Shown: positions 25,471-33,604, numbered from the stretch's first letter. The stretch: 64,000 bases of DNA from Candidatus Spyradocola merdavium (GCA_018711265.1 DVIM01000067.1:26771-90770), one strand, 5' to 3'. The notes: a model not told the origin generated them from the letters alone. A program made the numbers and translations.

Positions 25471-26682
25471 ATGAAGAAACCCGAGCTGCTCGCCCCCGCG
25501 GGCGCGCAGAGCCAGTTGATCGCCGCAGTGCGCTTCGGCGCGGACGCCGTGTACGTCGGCGGGCAGCGCTTCGGCCTGCGCGCCTACGCCGGAAACTTCG
25601 ACGACGAGGCCCTGTGCCGCGCCACGGACTACGTCCACGCGCACGGCCGCAGAATCCACGTCACCCTCAACGCCTTCCTCTATAACGACGACCTGGACGG
25701 TCTGGCGGACGCCGCGCGCGCCCTGGAGCGCATGGGCGCGGACGCGGCCATCGTCGCGGACCCCGCGGCCGTGGAGATCTGCCGCGAGGTCGCCCCGCGC
25801 CTGCCCCTGCACCTGTCCACGCAGGCCAACACCCTCAACTGGCGCACGGCCGCCTTCTGGCACCGCAACGGCATCCGGCGCGTGATCCTCGCCCGGGAGC
25901 TCAACCTGGAGGACGTGCGCGGCATCCGCCGGAACACGCCCGAGGACCTGGAGATCGAGGCCTTCGTCCACGGCGCGGTCTGCGCGTCCTACTCCGGGCG
26001 GTGCGTGCTGTCCAACTACCTCACGGGCCGCGACGCCAACCAGGGCCAGTGCGCCCAGACCTGCCGCTGGAAGTACGCGCTGGTCGAGGAGAAGCGCCCC
26101 GGCGAGTACCTGCCCGTGTTCGAGGACGCGCGCGGCACCTACTTCTACTCGGCAAACGATCTGTGCATGATCGCGCACCTGCGCGAGCTCTGGCAGGCGG
26201 GCGTCTGCTCCTTCAAGATCGAGGGCCGCATGAAGACCGACTACTACGTCGCGACGGTCGTGGGCGCGTACCGCCGCGCCATCGACGAGATGCTCGAGCA
26301 TCCGGACGCGCCCTTTGACGAAGAGCTCCTGCACGAGGTGGGCAACGCCAGCCACCGCAAGTTTGGCACGGGCTTTTACTTCACCCGCCGGCCCGCAGAC
26401 CCGCCCGGGGCTGTGGAGTACGAGCGGAACGCGGACTACATTGCAAAGGTGCTGGAAGTCCGCCCGGACGGGCTCGCCCTCGTGGAACAGAAAAACAAAT
26501 TTCTCGCGGGCGAAACCCTGCAGTGGATGTCCCCGCAGGGCAGCGTGGAGTTCCAGTGCCGCGACATGCGGGACGAGGAGGGCAACGCCCTGCAGAGCGC
26601 GCCGCACCCCAAGCAGCGCGTTTGGCTGCCGCTGCCCGCGGGCGCGCAGGCCGGCGACTTCCTCCGCCGGAGGATTCGCTGA
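25471..26682 (+). CDS. Peptidase U32-family protein (TrhP/YrrO-like)
   Basis: KPELLAPAG...GADAVYVGG, a TIM-barrel type U32 N-terminus, and a Cys-rich segment CASYSGRCVLS...CAQTCRW. Confidence 0.88.
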   Translation: MKKPELLAPAGAQSQLIAAVRFGADAVYVGGQRFGLRAYAGNFDDEALCRATDYVHAHGRRIHVTLNAFLYNDDLDGLADAARALERMGADAAIVADPAAVEICREVAPRLPLHLSTQANTLNWRTAAFWHRNGIRRVILARELNLEDVRGIRRNTPEDLEIEAFVHGAVCASYSGRCVLSNYLTGRDANQGQCAQTCRWKYALVEEKRPGEYLPVFEDARGTYFYSANDLCMIAHLRELWQAGVCSFKIEGRMKTDYYVATVVGAYRRAIDEMLEHPDAPFDEELLHEVGNASHRKFGTGFYFTRRPADPPGAVEYERNADYIAKVLEVRPDGLALVEQKNKFLAGETLQWMSPQGSVEFQCRDMRDEEGNALQSAPHPKQRVWLPLPAGAQAGDFLRRRIR

Positions 26683-26792
26683 ACGCCCCTGCGCCACGTT
26701 GGAAAATATTTTTCTATATTTTCTTATCCTATGTTAATGCGCCTCCCAAAACGGTGATATATAATAAAAGCCTAACGGTCGTGTAACAGGGG

Positions 26793-27419
26793 GTGTGGCC
26801 ATTGGTTGGCCGGGACTTCTACAGAGAGGCGCTGGAGATCGAGGAAGAAGAACTGCTGGACAAGATCCTCGCCATCACACATGAGCGGCACCTGAAGAAA
26901 AAGGAGGCCCTCATCCAGGCGGGGGAGACGCAAAATCAAATCGTCTTTTTGGTGTCGGGCATCCTGCGGGGGTTTTTTTTGGACGCGGAGGGAAGAGAGG
27001 TCACCGACTGCTTCGGCCTGGAGCCGGGCACGGCCGCCATGGGCGGGTTTGCATTCGGGAAGCCTTCGGCCATCACCATTGAGGCCCTGACGGAGGCGGA
27101 GGTCGTCTGGCTCCCGATGGCGGAGGTGCAGGAGCTGTTTGCGCGGTATCCGCAGCTGATGGCGGTCTACAACCGCTATCTGCTCAAGGCGCTCAACGTC
27201 CACTGGGAGCTGAAGACCATGATCGGCCAGGAGTCGGCCATGGTTCGGTATCACTGGTTCATGAAGACGTATCCCGGGCTGGTCGACCACGTGCGCGACA
27301 AGTACGTGGCTTCGTTCCTGGGCATGACGCCCGTGACGCTCAGCCGGCTGCGCCGCAAGCTGCGCGAGGGCGGGGACGAGGGCGAGCAGGGGGACGGCGC
27401 CCCTTCGGAAACCCCTTGA
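26793..27419 (+). CDS. Crp/Fnr-family transcriptional regulator
   Basis: cNMP-binding-like barrel followed by the C-terminal HTH VASFLGMTPVTLSRLRRKL; GTG start. Confidence 0.85.
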   Translation: MWPLVGRDFYREALEIEEEELLDKILAITHERHLKKKEALIQAGETQNQIVFLVSGILRGFFLDAEGREVTDCFGLEPGTAAMGGFAFGKPSAITIEALTEAEVVWLPMAEVQELFARYPQLMAVYNRYLLKALNVHWELKTMIGQESAMVRYHWFMKTYPGLVDHVRDKYVASFLGMTPVTLSRLRRKLREGGDEGEQGDGAPSETP

Positions 27420-27459
27420 CCCGTCGGGAACCGTCGCGCAAAAGGGACAAAATCTCCCT

Positions 27460-27488
27460 TTGACAGGACCGCAGCGATATGCTATAGT
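27460..27488 (+). promoter_or_regulatory. Strong sigma-A promoter of the CNNM/CorC leader
   Basis: TTGACA, 17-nt spacer, TATAGT, with TGn extended -10. Confidence 0.65.
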
Positions 27489-27523
27489 AGCCTTGTAATC
27501 GGAACGAGGAGGAGATTGTCCGC

Positions 27524-27580
27524 ATGGACGGCGACGACGGGAACGACGACACCGCGCATATGTGCAGAAAAAGGGAATGA
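27524..27580 (+). CDS. Candidate 18-codon leader peptide MDGDDGNDDTAHMCRKRE
   Basis: AGGAGG (27507-12) lies 11 nt upstream of the ATG; the stop codon abuts the terminator stem. No homology support. Confidence 0.3.
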   Translation: MDGDDGNDDTAHMCRKRE

Positions 27581-27621
27581 GGCGTATCTGTGCCGCAAAG
27601 GCGGCATGGATATGCCTTTTT
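27581..27621 (+). terminator. Leader intrinsic terminator/attenuator upstream of the CNNM/CorC gene
   Basis: 16-bp stem (27581-96 with 27601-16, including G-U pairs), AAAG loop, followed by T5. Confidence 0.7.
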
Positions 27622-27676
27622 GCGTTCCTCTCCTCCCCACCCATTCGCACGACGAAAGGAGAAAACGGATTTTTTT

Positions 27677-28936
27677 ATGGATACCGGCACAATATGGACC
27701 CTGCTGCTCATGGCGGCGCTGCTGGCGCTGTCGGCGGGCTTTTCTGCGACGGAGGCGGCGTATTCCGGCCTGAGCCGCGCAGAGCTCAAGACCATGGAGG
27801 AGGGCGGAAACCGGCGCGCGGGCCTGGCGCTGCGCCTGGCGGACCGGCAGGAGCAGATCCTGGCCGCGGCGCTGGTGGGCAACGTGTTCACCAGCGTGGG
27901 CGCGGCCTCGCTCGGCGCGATGCTCGCCGTCCGGCACCTCGGGGACATCGGCGCGCTGGTGTCGGCGCTTGTGGTCGGCACCGCGGTGATCCTGCTGTGC
28001 GCGGCAACGCCCAAGATCCGCGCGGCGGCGGACCCGGACCGGTTTGCCGTATCGCTCGCGCCCTTTGCCCGCGCGCTGACGATCCTCTTTGCGCCCGCCG
28101 CCTTCCTGCTCTCGCGCCTGCGCGGCGCGCGCGCGCCGAAAAGCCGGGAGGACGACCCCCACAAGGCCGCGCAGGATGAGCTGCTGCTGCTCGTGGACGA
28201 GGCGGAGCAGGACGGCGGCCTGGCCAAGGAGGACGGCGAGCTCCTGCGCAGCGCCATCGAGTTTACGGACCTGTGCGCGGACGACATCCTCACCCACCGC
28301 ACGGACCTGGAGGCCGTTCCCGACACCGCCACGAAGGAGGAGGTCGCGCGCGTGTTCTCCGAGAGCCGGTATTCGCGCATCCTGGTCTACTCCGGGGACA
28401 TCGACAGCATCGTGGGCGTCATCCACCAGAAGGACTTCTACGTGGGGACCGGGGTCACGGACAAGGCCCTTGCCCAGATCATGACAAAGCCCCTGTTTGT
28501 CGCCAATTCCGCCAAGATCAGCGACCTGCTCAAGCTCCTGCAGCGGCAGAAGGCGCACATCGCCGTCGTCACGGACGAATACGGCGGCACGCTCGGCATC
28601 GTCACGATGGAGGACATCCTCGAGGAGCTCGTGGGCGACATCTGGGACGAGCACGACGAGGTGGTCGAATCCATCCACAAGGTCGGGGAGGACGCCTACC
28701 AGGTCCTGGGCACGGCGGACCTGGAGGACCTGTTCGAGTTCCTCTGCATCCGCGACGAGGAGACCGAGAGCTCGACTGTCAGCGGCTGGGTCATGGAGCG
28801 GCTGGGCCGCGTTCCCCGCAGCGGGGAGAGCTTCCGCTACGAGGGCTGGCTGCTCACCGCGGCAAAGGCCGACCCGCGCCGCGTCTGCGAGGTCGAGGTC
28901 CGCAGGCTGCCCGCCGAGCAGACGCTCGCCGTCTGA
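27677..28936 (+). CDS. CNNM/CorC-HlyC family transporter (DUF21 + CBS pair + CorC_HlyC)
   Basis: LSAGFSATEAAYSGLS DUF21 start, CBS region, and C-terminal transporter-associated domain; the track ORF start at 27590 lies inside the terminator. Confidence 0.9.
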   Translation: MDTGTIWTLLLMAALLALSAGFSATEAAYSGLSRAELKTMEEGGNRRAGLALRLADRQEQILAAALVGNVFTSVGAASLGAMLAVRHLGDIGALVSALVVGTAVILLCAATPKIRAAADPDRFAVSLAPFARALTILFAPAAFLLSRLRGARAPKSREDDPHKAAQDELLLLVDEAEQDGGLAKEDGELLRSAIEFTDLCADDILTHRTDLEAVPDTATKEEVARVFSESRYSRILVYSGDIDSIVGVIHQKDFYVGTGVTDKALAQIMTKPLFVANSAKISDLLKLLQRQKAHIAVVTDEYGGTLGIVTMEDILEELVGDIWDEHDEVVESIHKVGEDAYQVLGTADLEDLFEFLCIRDEETESSTVSGWVMERLGRVPRSGESFRYEGWLLTAAKADPRRVCEVEVRRLPAEQTLAV

Positions 28937-28942
28937 CGACGC

Positions 28943-28972
28943 AAAAAACGACCCCTTTTGGGGTCGTTTTTT
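28943..28972. terminator. Bidirectional intrinsic terminator
   Basis: A6-CGACCCC-TTTT-GGGGTCG-T6, placed between convergent genes. Confidence 0.85.
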
Positions 28973-28985
28973 GCGCTGCGCGGGC

Positions 28986-29408
28986 TCAATAGAGGGGAAG
29001 GTTTCCCGTCAGCTCGTCCGCGCGGTCCCGGGGCAGGGGCTCCAGCGCCAGGCAGGTGTAGGTCGCCTCGCCGTGGAACTCCGTCATGCCCGCGTCGCAG
29101 ATCAGCGAGGAGAGCACGCCCGCCTCCTGCGCGCGGCGGTGGAGGGCGAGGAGCTCTTCCTCGGAGTCGACGTAGACGCAGATCTTGGCCTCGCCCTTTG
29201 CAAACCACTCGCTCAGCGGCGTGGCGGGCATGTCCCCGGGCTCGAGAAACGCGCCCGTCTCCCCGGCGCGGACCTGGCCGAGCCGGCCCTCCCGCGCCAG
29301 GGCGCGCAGCACGGCGTCCACGCAGGCGTGCCCGGCCTGCGCCGCGATCTTTCCCTTGCGCATTTTCAGATCCCTGCGCATGACGATCATTTGCTTGGAT
29401 GCGTACAC
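28986..29408 (-). CDS. Pth2-type (archaeal/eukaryotic-type) peptidyl-tRNA hydrolase
   Basis: QMIVMRRDLKMRKGKIAAQAGHA resembles the PTH2 N-terminal signature; GTG start with AGGAGG 9 nt upstream. Confidence 0.7.
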   Translation of the reverse strand: MYASKQMIVMRRDLKMRKGKIAAQAGHACVDAVLRALAREGRLGQVRAGETGAFLEPGDMPATPLSEWFAKGEAKICVYVDSEEELLALHRRAQEAGVLSSLICDAGMTEFHGEATYTCLALEPLPRDRADELTGNLPLY

Positions 29409-29478
29409 GGATGAACTCCTCCTGTGTGATTGGAATGGCTGCATGCGGCGGGCCGGAAGCGCCGCCCGCCTGCCAAGA

Positions 29479-29507
29479 AGTATACCAGAGACGCGGCCTT
29501 TGTGCAA
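29479..29507 (-). promoter_or_regulatory. Promoter for the pth2-type gene
   Basis: On the minus strand: TTGCAC, 17-nt spacer, TATACT, with TGn. Confidence 0.55.
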
Positions 29508-29539
29508 AGAAAACGGCGCGGAGACCGTCTCTCCGCGCC
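29505..29539 (-). terminator. Intrinsic terminator after the lipoprotein gene
   Basis: On the minus strand: GGCGCGGAGA/TCTCCGCGCC stem followed by GTTTTCTTTG. Confidence 0.7.
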
Positions 29540-29558
29540 GCCCGCCTAGGCCTTGCGA

Positions 29559-30803
29559 TTACTTTTCCAGGGTGCTGGAAGCAAAGCCGTATTCCACGCT
29601 GCCGAGGTCAAATTCCGCATACACGGCGTAGACGTAACCGGGCTCCGCGGTGAGGGTCATCGCGTCGTCCTGCGCAGAGACGGCGACCTCCTCGCCCTCG
29701 CCCGCCGCGGCCAGGTCCTCCGTGCCCAGCAGGGAATCCGGCCAGCGCACAACCTTCACAGAGGTCGGCGCCGAGGGGTAGAACTGCAGCGTAACTTCCG
29801 TGGCCTCGTCGAGGTTCAGCTCAAGCATGTCGTTCCACTGGAGCACATGCGCGCCGCAGGCGATGATAGAGGTGGCCTCCCCGTCCGCAGAGGGGACTGT
29901 GCCCTCCCAAGTGTAGGAGCCCATCGTCGCGCTGGCCGTGACGATCGCCTCCGGCACGCGGTACTGAAGCTGCAGGGAGGCGGGCTCCGACGTGTCGGGC
30001 TCCGCAAAATAGGCGTCCACGATCTCTTGATAGGGGTCCGCGTCCTCGGGCGAGCCCTCGGCGACGACCTGGATCTTCGTCACGCCGGGATACTGGCCGG
30101 GGTAGGAGTTCAGCATGATGCCGTTGCCCGTGATCTCCACGACGTTGCCGCGCTCAAGGTCTGCCGCGGTGATCTTCTCGCCGTCGAGGTCGTAAATCTC
30201 CTCCGGCAGGGTCACGGTGAAGGGAAGCTCGGAGTTCGCATCCACAAAGAGGATGCCGTCCTCGCCGTAGGGGATGGCGATGGCGCGGTTGACCGTGCCG
30301 GACTGCTCGGTCTGCGCAGCCTGCTCAGCCTGGGCGCTGACCATGGGGCCAAAGGAGTCGAGCAGCTCCTGGTACTGCGCCGTGTCCTCCGCAGAGCCCT
30401 CCGACACGAGCTGCACCTTCGTCACGCTGTTGTACTGCGCGGGATAGGAGCGCGTCATCACGCCGTTGCCGTAGACGTCCACGATGTCGCCGGCGGAGAG
30501 GTCCGCCAGGGAGAGCGCCTCGCCGTCCAGGCCGAGGATCTCCTCCGAGAGGGGAGAGGTAAAGGGCATTTCCGTGTCCTGGGTGACCAGCAGCGCCTCT
30601 CCGTCCGAGAGGGAGAGAATCATGGCGCGCAGGGGGGCGTCCTCGTCCTGCGCAGGCGTCTGCGCGCCGGAGAGGGAGAGCGTCTCAGAATCGGCGGCCG
30701 CATCCGCCTGGCGGGCCTCCTGGTCCACGGGAGCGGTGGACGAACAGCCGACCAGCGCAAAGACCAGCAGCGCGCAGAGCAGGAGCAAAACATTTTTTCT
30801 CAT
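29559..30803 (-). CDS. Lipoprotein with two tandem ~90-aa repeats plus a C-terminal domain
   Basis: MRKNVLLLLCALLVFALVGC lipobox. The repeats end in SYPAQYNSVTKVQLVSEGS and SYPGQYPGVTKIQVVAEGS. AGGAGG lies before ATG 30803. Confidence 0.8.
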   Translation of the reverse strand: MRKNVLLLLCALLVFALVGCSSTAPVDQEARQADAAADSETLSLSGAQTPAQDEDAPLRAMILSLSDGEALLVTQDTEMPFTSPLSEEILGLDGEALSLADLSAGDIVDVYGNGVMTRSYPAQYNSVTKVQLVSEGSAEDTAQYQELLDSFGPMVSAQAEQAAQTEQSGTVNRAIAIPYGEDGILFVDANSELPFTVTLPEEIYDLDGEKITAADLERGNVVEITGNGIMLNSYPGQYPGVTKIQVVAEGSPEDADPYQEIVDAYFAEPDTSEPASLQLQYRVPEAIVTASATMGSYTWEGTVPSADGEATSIIACGAHVLQWNDMLELNLDEATEVTLQFYPSAPTSVKVVRWPDSLLGTEDLAAAGEGEEVAVSAQDDAMTLTAEPGYVYAVYAEFDLGSVEYGFASSTLEK

Positions 30804-30916
30804 CTTGGGGTCAACCTCCTTGTGCGAAATCCTTCTTGGAGCGAGCGGAGGATCCGCTTGCAACCATGAGACGGAAAAAAGCCGCCGCGAGTTCCGCGGC
30901 GGCAGAGAAAAAACGG

Positions 30917-31834
30917 TCAGTTTTTTGCGGGGTTGTCCACCGCGTAGAGGAGGTGGGGCATCTCCACGCCCCGGTAGTGCTTGACGAAGCGGTCGATCAC
31001 GGCCATGCCGTTGCGCTGGGCCACGCGCTGGGAGGCGACATTCGTATCGCGGATGACGGAATGGACGCGCGGCGCGCGCAGGACGGAGAAGGCCCAGTCC
31101 CGGCAGGCGCGGGCCGCCTCCGTGGCAAAGCCCTTGTGCCAGTGCGCGCGCAGAAAGAGATAGCCCACCTCCAGGACTGGCGCCTCGCCTCCGACGTCCT
31201 GCCAGGTCAGGCCGCATTGGCCGATCATCTCGCCCGTGTCCCGGCGCACCACGGCCCAGAGGCCGGCGCCCGTCTCCTCGTAGCGGCGGAGCTGGCGGTC
31301 CAGCCACGCGCGCACCTCCGCCTCGGAAAACGGGCCCTCGTAGGCGGTCATGACCTGCGGGTCCTGCAAAATGGCGCGCAGGACGGGAAGGTCCGCCTCG
31401 CCCATCTCGCGCAGGAGCAGCCGCTCGGTCTGCGGAAGCCCTGCGCCCTTGGGCAGGCCGCGGCGGAGCCGGGCGAGGATGTCCACGTCCGCCGGGCAGA
31501 AGGGAAAGCCGTCGATCTGCGCGGGCAGAATCCAGCGGATGTCGTTGTGCTCGAGCTTTTTCGGCTCGCCGGATTCGATCGAGGCGCAAAACAGCGTCAG
31601 ATGCACCTCGATGTCCGGATACGCGTGCGTGACCTCGAAGAACTTCGGGCCGACGCGGAGCTTGACGCCCAGCTCCTCCCGGCACTCGCGCACAAGGGCC
31701 TGCTCCGGCGTCTCGTGGGGCTCCACCTTGCCGCCCACAAACTCCCACAGCAGGCCGCGCGCCTTGTGCGCCGGGCGCTGGCAGATCAGAAAGCGCTCGC
31801 CCCGCTCGATCAGGGCCGCGACGACTTCTACCAC
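30917..31834 (-). CDS. NUDIX (MutT-like) hydrolase fused to a RimJ/RimL-type GNAT acetyltransferase
   Basis: Nudix box GGKVEPHETPEQALVRECREELGV, then a GNAT region (IGQCGL...HWHKGFATEAARA). GTG 31834 has an AAGGGA SD. The track ORF start lies upstream of the predicted TSS. Confidence 0.8.
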   Translation of the reverse strand: MVEVVAALIERGERFLICQRPAHKARGLLWEFVGGKVEPHETPEQALVRECREELGVKLRVGPKFFEVTHAYPDIEVHLTLFCASIESGEPKKLEHNDIRWILPAQIDGFPFCPADVDILARLRRGLPKGAGLPQTERLLLREMGEADLPVLRAILQDPQVMTAYEGPFSEAEVRAWLDRQLRRYEETGAGLWAVVRRDTGEMIGQCGLTWQDVGGEAPVLEVGYLFLRAHWHKGFATEAARACRDWAFSVLRAPRVHSVIRDTNVASQRVAQRNGMAVIDRFVKHYRGVEMPHLLYAVDNPAKN

Positions 31835-31868
31835 ATGGGTCCCTTCTTTCCACAAAAATGTCTTTCGT

Positions 31869-31897
31869 AGTATACCGTGTTTTGGCGAAGCGCGCAA
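31869..31897 (-). promoter_or_regulatory. Promoter for the NUDIX-GNAT gene
   Basis: On the minus strand: TTGCGC, 17-nt spacer, TATACT. Confidence 0.45.
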
Positions 31898-31977
31898 GAA
31901 AAAGTGCCGCCAAAGTCTTTCCAAGCGGGGAGGGCGCATATCTATAGGGAGAATCTGCTGCGCTGGAGGGGAGCCCT

Positions 31978-32667
31978 ATGTTGGAGTTGCTGTGGATCGC
32001 ATTGTCGGAATGCTATTTCTTTCTGTCCTACATGTCGGGAAGGAACGCCTTTCCGCAGAAGCTGACGCCGGAGCAGGAGCGGGACTGCCTGGACAGAATG
32101 CTGCGCGGCGACGAGGACGCGCGCTCCACGCTCATCGAGCACAACCTGCGCCTGGTCGCCCACGTCGCCAAGAAGTACCAGAGCACCGGGATGGAGAGCG
32201 ACGACCTCATCTCCATCGGGACGGTGGGGCTGATCAAGGCGGTCAAGACCTTTTCCCCCGTGAGCGGAACGTCCCTGGCCACCTACGCCGCAAGGTGCAT
32301 CGAAAACGAGATCCTCATGGTCATCCGCGCGGGGAAGAAGCAGCGCCGGGAGGTCTCCCTGCAGGAGCCGGTGGGCACGGACAAGGAGGGAAACGAGATC
32401 TCCCTGCTCGAGATCCTGGGCACGGACCGCGGGGAGGTGGAGGAGGAGGTCGAGCGCCGGATGAGCGCGGCGCGCCTGCGCCGCCTCATCGAGACGACGC
32501 TCACCCCGCGCGAGCGCATCGTGCTGGAGATGCGCTACGGCCTCGGCGGAAGCGGCCCGTACGCGCAGCGCGAGGTCGCGACGGTCCTGGGCATCTCGCG
32601 CTCGTACGTTTCCCGCATCGAAAAGCACGCGGTGGAGAAGATGGCCCGCGCGTACATGCAGTCGTGA
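31978..32667 (+). CDS. sigK: Sporulation sigma factor SigK (pro-sigma-K, uninterrupted)
   Basis: Pro-sequence and junction YFFLSYMSGRNAFPQKLT (Bacillus has YVKNNAFPQPL); also IEHNLRLVAHVAKKY, ATYAARCIENEILM and GISRSYVSRIEK. Confidence 0.9.
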   Translation: MLELLWIALSECYFFLSYMSGRNAFPQKLTPEQERDCLDRMLRGDEDARSTLIEHNLRLVAHVAKKYQSTGMESDDLISIGTVGLIKAVKTFSPVSGTSLATYAARCIENEILMVIRAGKKQRREVSLQEPVGTDKEGNEISLLEILGTDRGEVEEEVERRMSAARLRRLIETTLTPRERIVLEMRYGLGGSGPYAQREVATVLGISRSYVSRIEKHAVEKMARAYMQS

Positions 32668-32671
32668 CCGG

Positions 32672-33604
32672 TCAGAAAAGGCCGGTCTGCCCCGTGCGGT
32701 AGGAGGGGGCGGGCGCGTCGCGCACCACATCCACGGCCGGGTCCACGCGGCCGAGGAGCAGGGGCGAGTCCGGGTCGTGCAGGGCGGCCTGGCGGTCGAC
32801 CGCGCGGCCGTGGTTCGCGTAGCAGTAGGCGCAGCCGTGCAGGCAGGAGTCGTAGGCGCCGATGTCCACGCTCGCGGCGCAGCCGCAGGCCGGGCGCTGG
32901 TTGCGGTCCCGGGGAACCCGCAGCGCCTCGCCCGTGAGGCGCGCAAAGCGCGCGGGGTCGACGCAGTGCGCGCGCTCGACGCCGAGGGCGGACAGGTCCG
33001 CCGCCTCGGCGCAGGCTTGCACGGACATGCCGTGCGCCCGCGCGATGGGGACGAGGCGGCGCAGCAGCGCCTGCGCGGACTCGGGCGCGGGGCGGTACAG
33101 GCCCAGGTCGCGCTCGGCGCGGGCCGTGCAGCGGTAGGAGTCCAGGAAGCTCACGATGCACGCATCCGTGGACCCCTCCAGCTGCGACGCGAGGTCCGCA
33201 AAGCGCGCGACATGCGTTTCCAGGGAGTAGGCGGCGCTGAACAGGATGGGGTCGTACCGCCAGACGAGGCGCGCGGGGCCCAGCCGCGCGGCGAGTTCGC
33301 GGAAGGCGGCAAGGATTTCCGCCTTGGGCGGGAGGCCGGGCTCCAGGTCCCGGCCGTAGGCCGTGACCGTGCACTGAATATAGAAGGGAATGCGCGCAAG
33401 CGCCGCCGGGAGCTGCAGGAGGGGGATCGGGTTTTTCGTCCACAGGACCATGCCGTCCACGGCCTGCGGGCGCAGATCCACGCGGGAGACGCTGTGCGGG
33501 TTGTGCGGGTTGCGCACGAGGCAGAAGCCCTCCTGCAGCCGGCGGCTCAGCCAGGGGAGGTAGAGGGCGGGGATGTCCGTCCTGCGGCTGGCGCTGACGA
33601 TCAT
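32672..33604 (-). CDS. DUF1848-family protein with C-terminal Cys cluster
   Basis: MIVSASRRTDIPALY N-terminus and PACGCAASVDIGAYDSCLHGCAYCYA. Confidence 0.75.
   Translation of the reverse strand: MIVSASRRTDIPALYLPWLSRRLQEGFCLVRNPHNPHSVSRVDLRPQAVDGMVLWTKNPIPLLQLPAALARIPFYIQCTVTAYGRDLEPGLPPKAEILAAFRELAARLGPARLVWRYDPILFSAAYSLETHVARFADLASQLEGSTDACIVSFLDSYRCTARAERDLGLYRPAPESAQALLRRLVPIARAHGMSVQACAEAADLSALGVERAHCVDPARFARLTGEALRVPRDRNQRPACGCAASVDIGAYDSCLHGCAYCYANHGRAVDRQAALHDPDSPLLLGRVDPAVDVVRDAPAPSYRTGQTGLF

Noticed and set aside
23953-26697. 914-aa minus-strand ORF
   Set aside because: It is antisense to ylbF, mltG and the U32 gene. Its composition is a shadow-frame artefact.
27516-27773. 85-aa ORF spanning the CNNM leader
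   Set aside because: It runs straight through the terminator hairpin and into the transporter gene in another frame. It is Cys/Arg/Trp-rich and has no SD.
29559-31913. 784-aa minus-strand ORF suggesting one giant protein
   Set aside because: Only the last 414 codons (from ATG 30803, with SD and lipobox) look real. The upstream part is an RG-rich alternative frame of the NUDIX-GNAT gene. The antisense ORF at 29553-30869(+) is likewise rejected.
31978-32667. Looked for a skin-like prophage remnant interrupting sigK
   Set aside because: The reading frame is continuous across regions 2-4, so there is no interruption.
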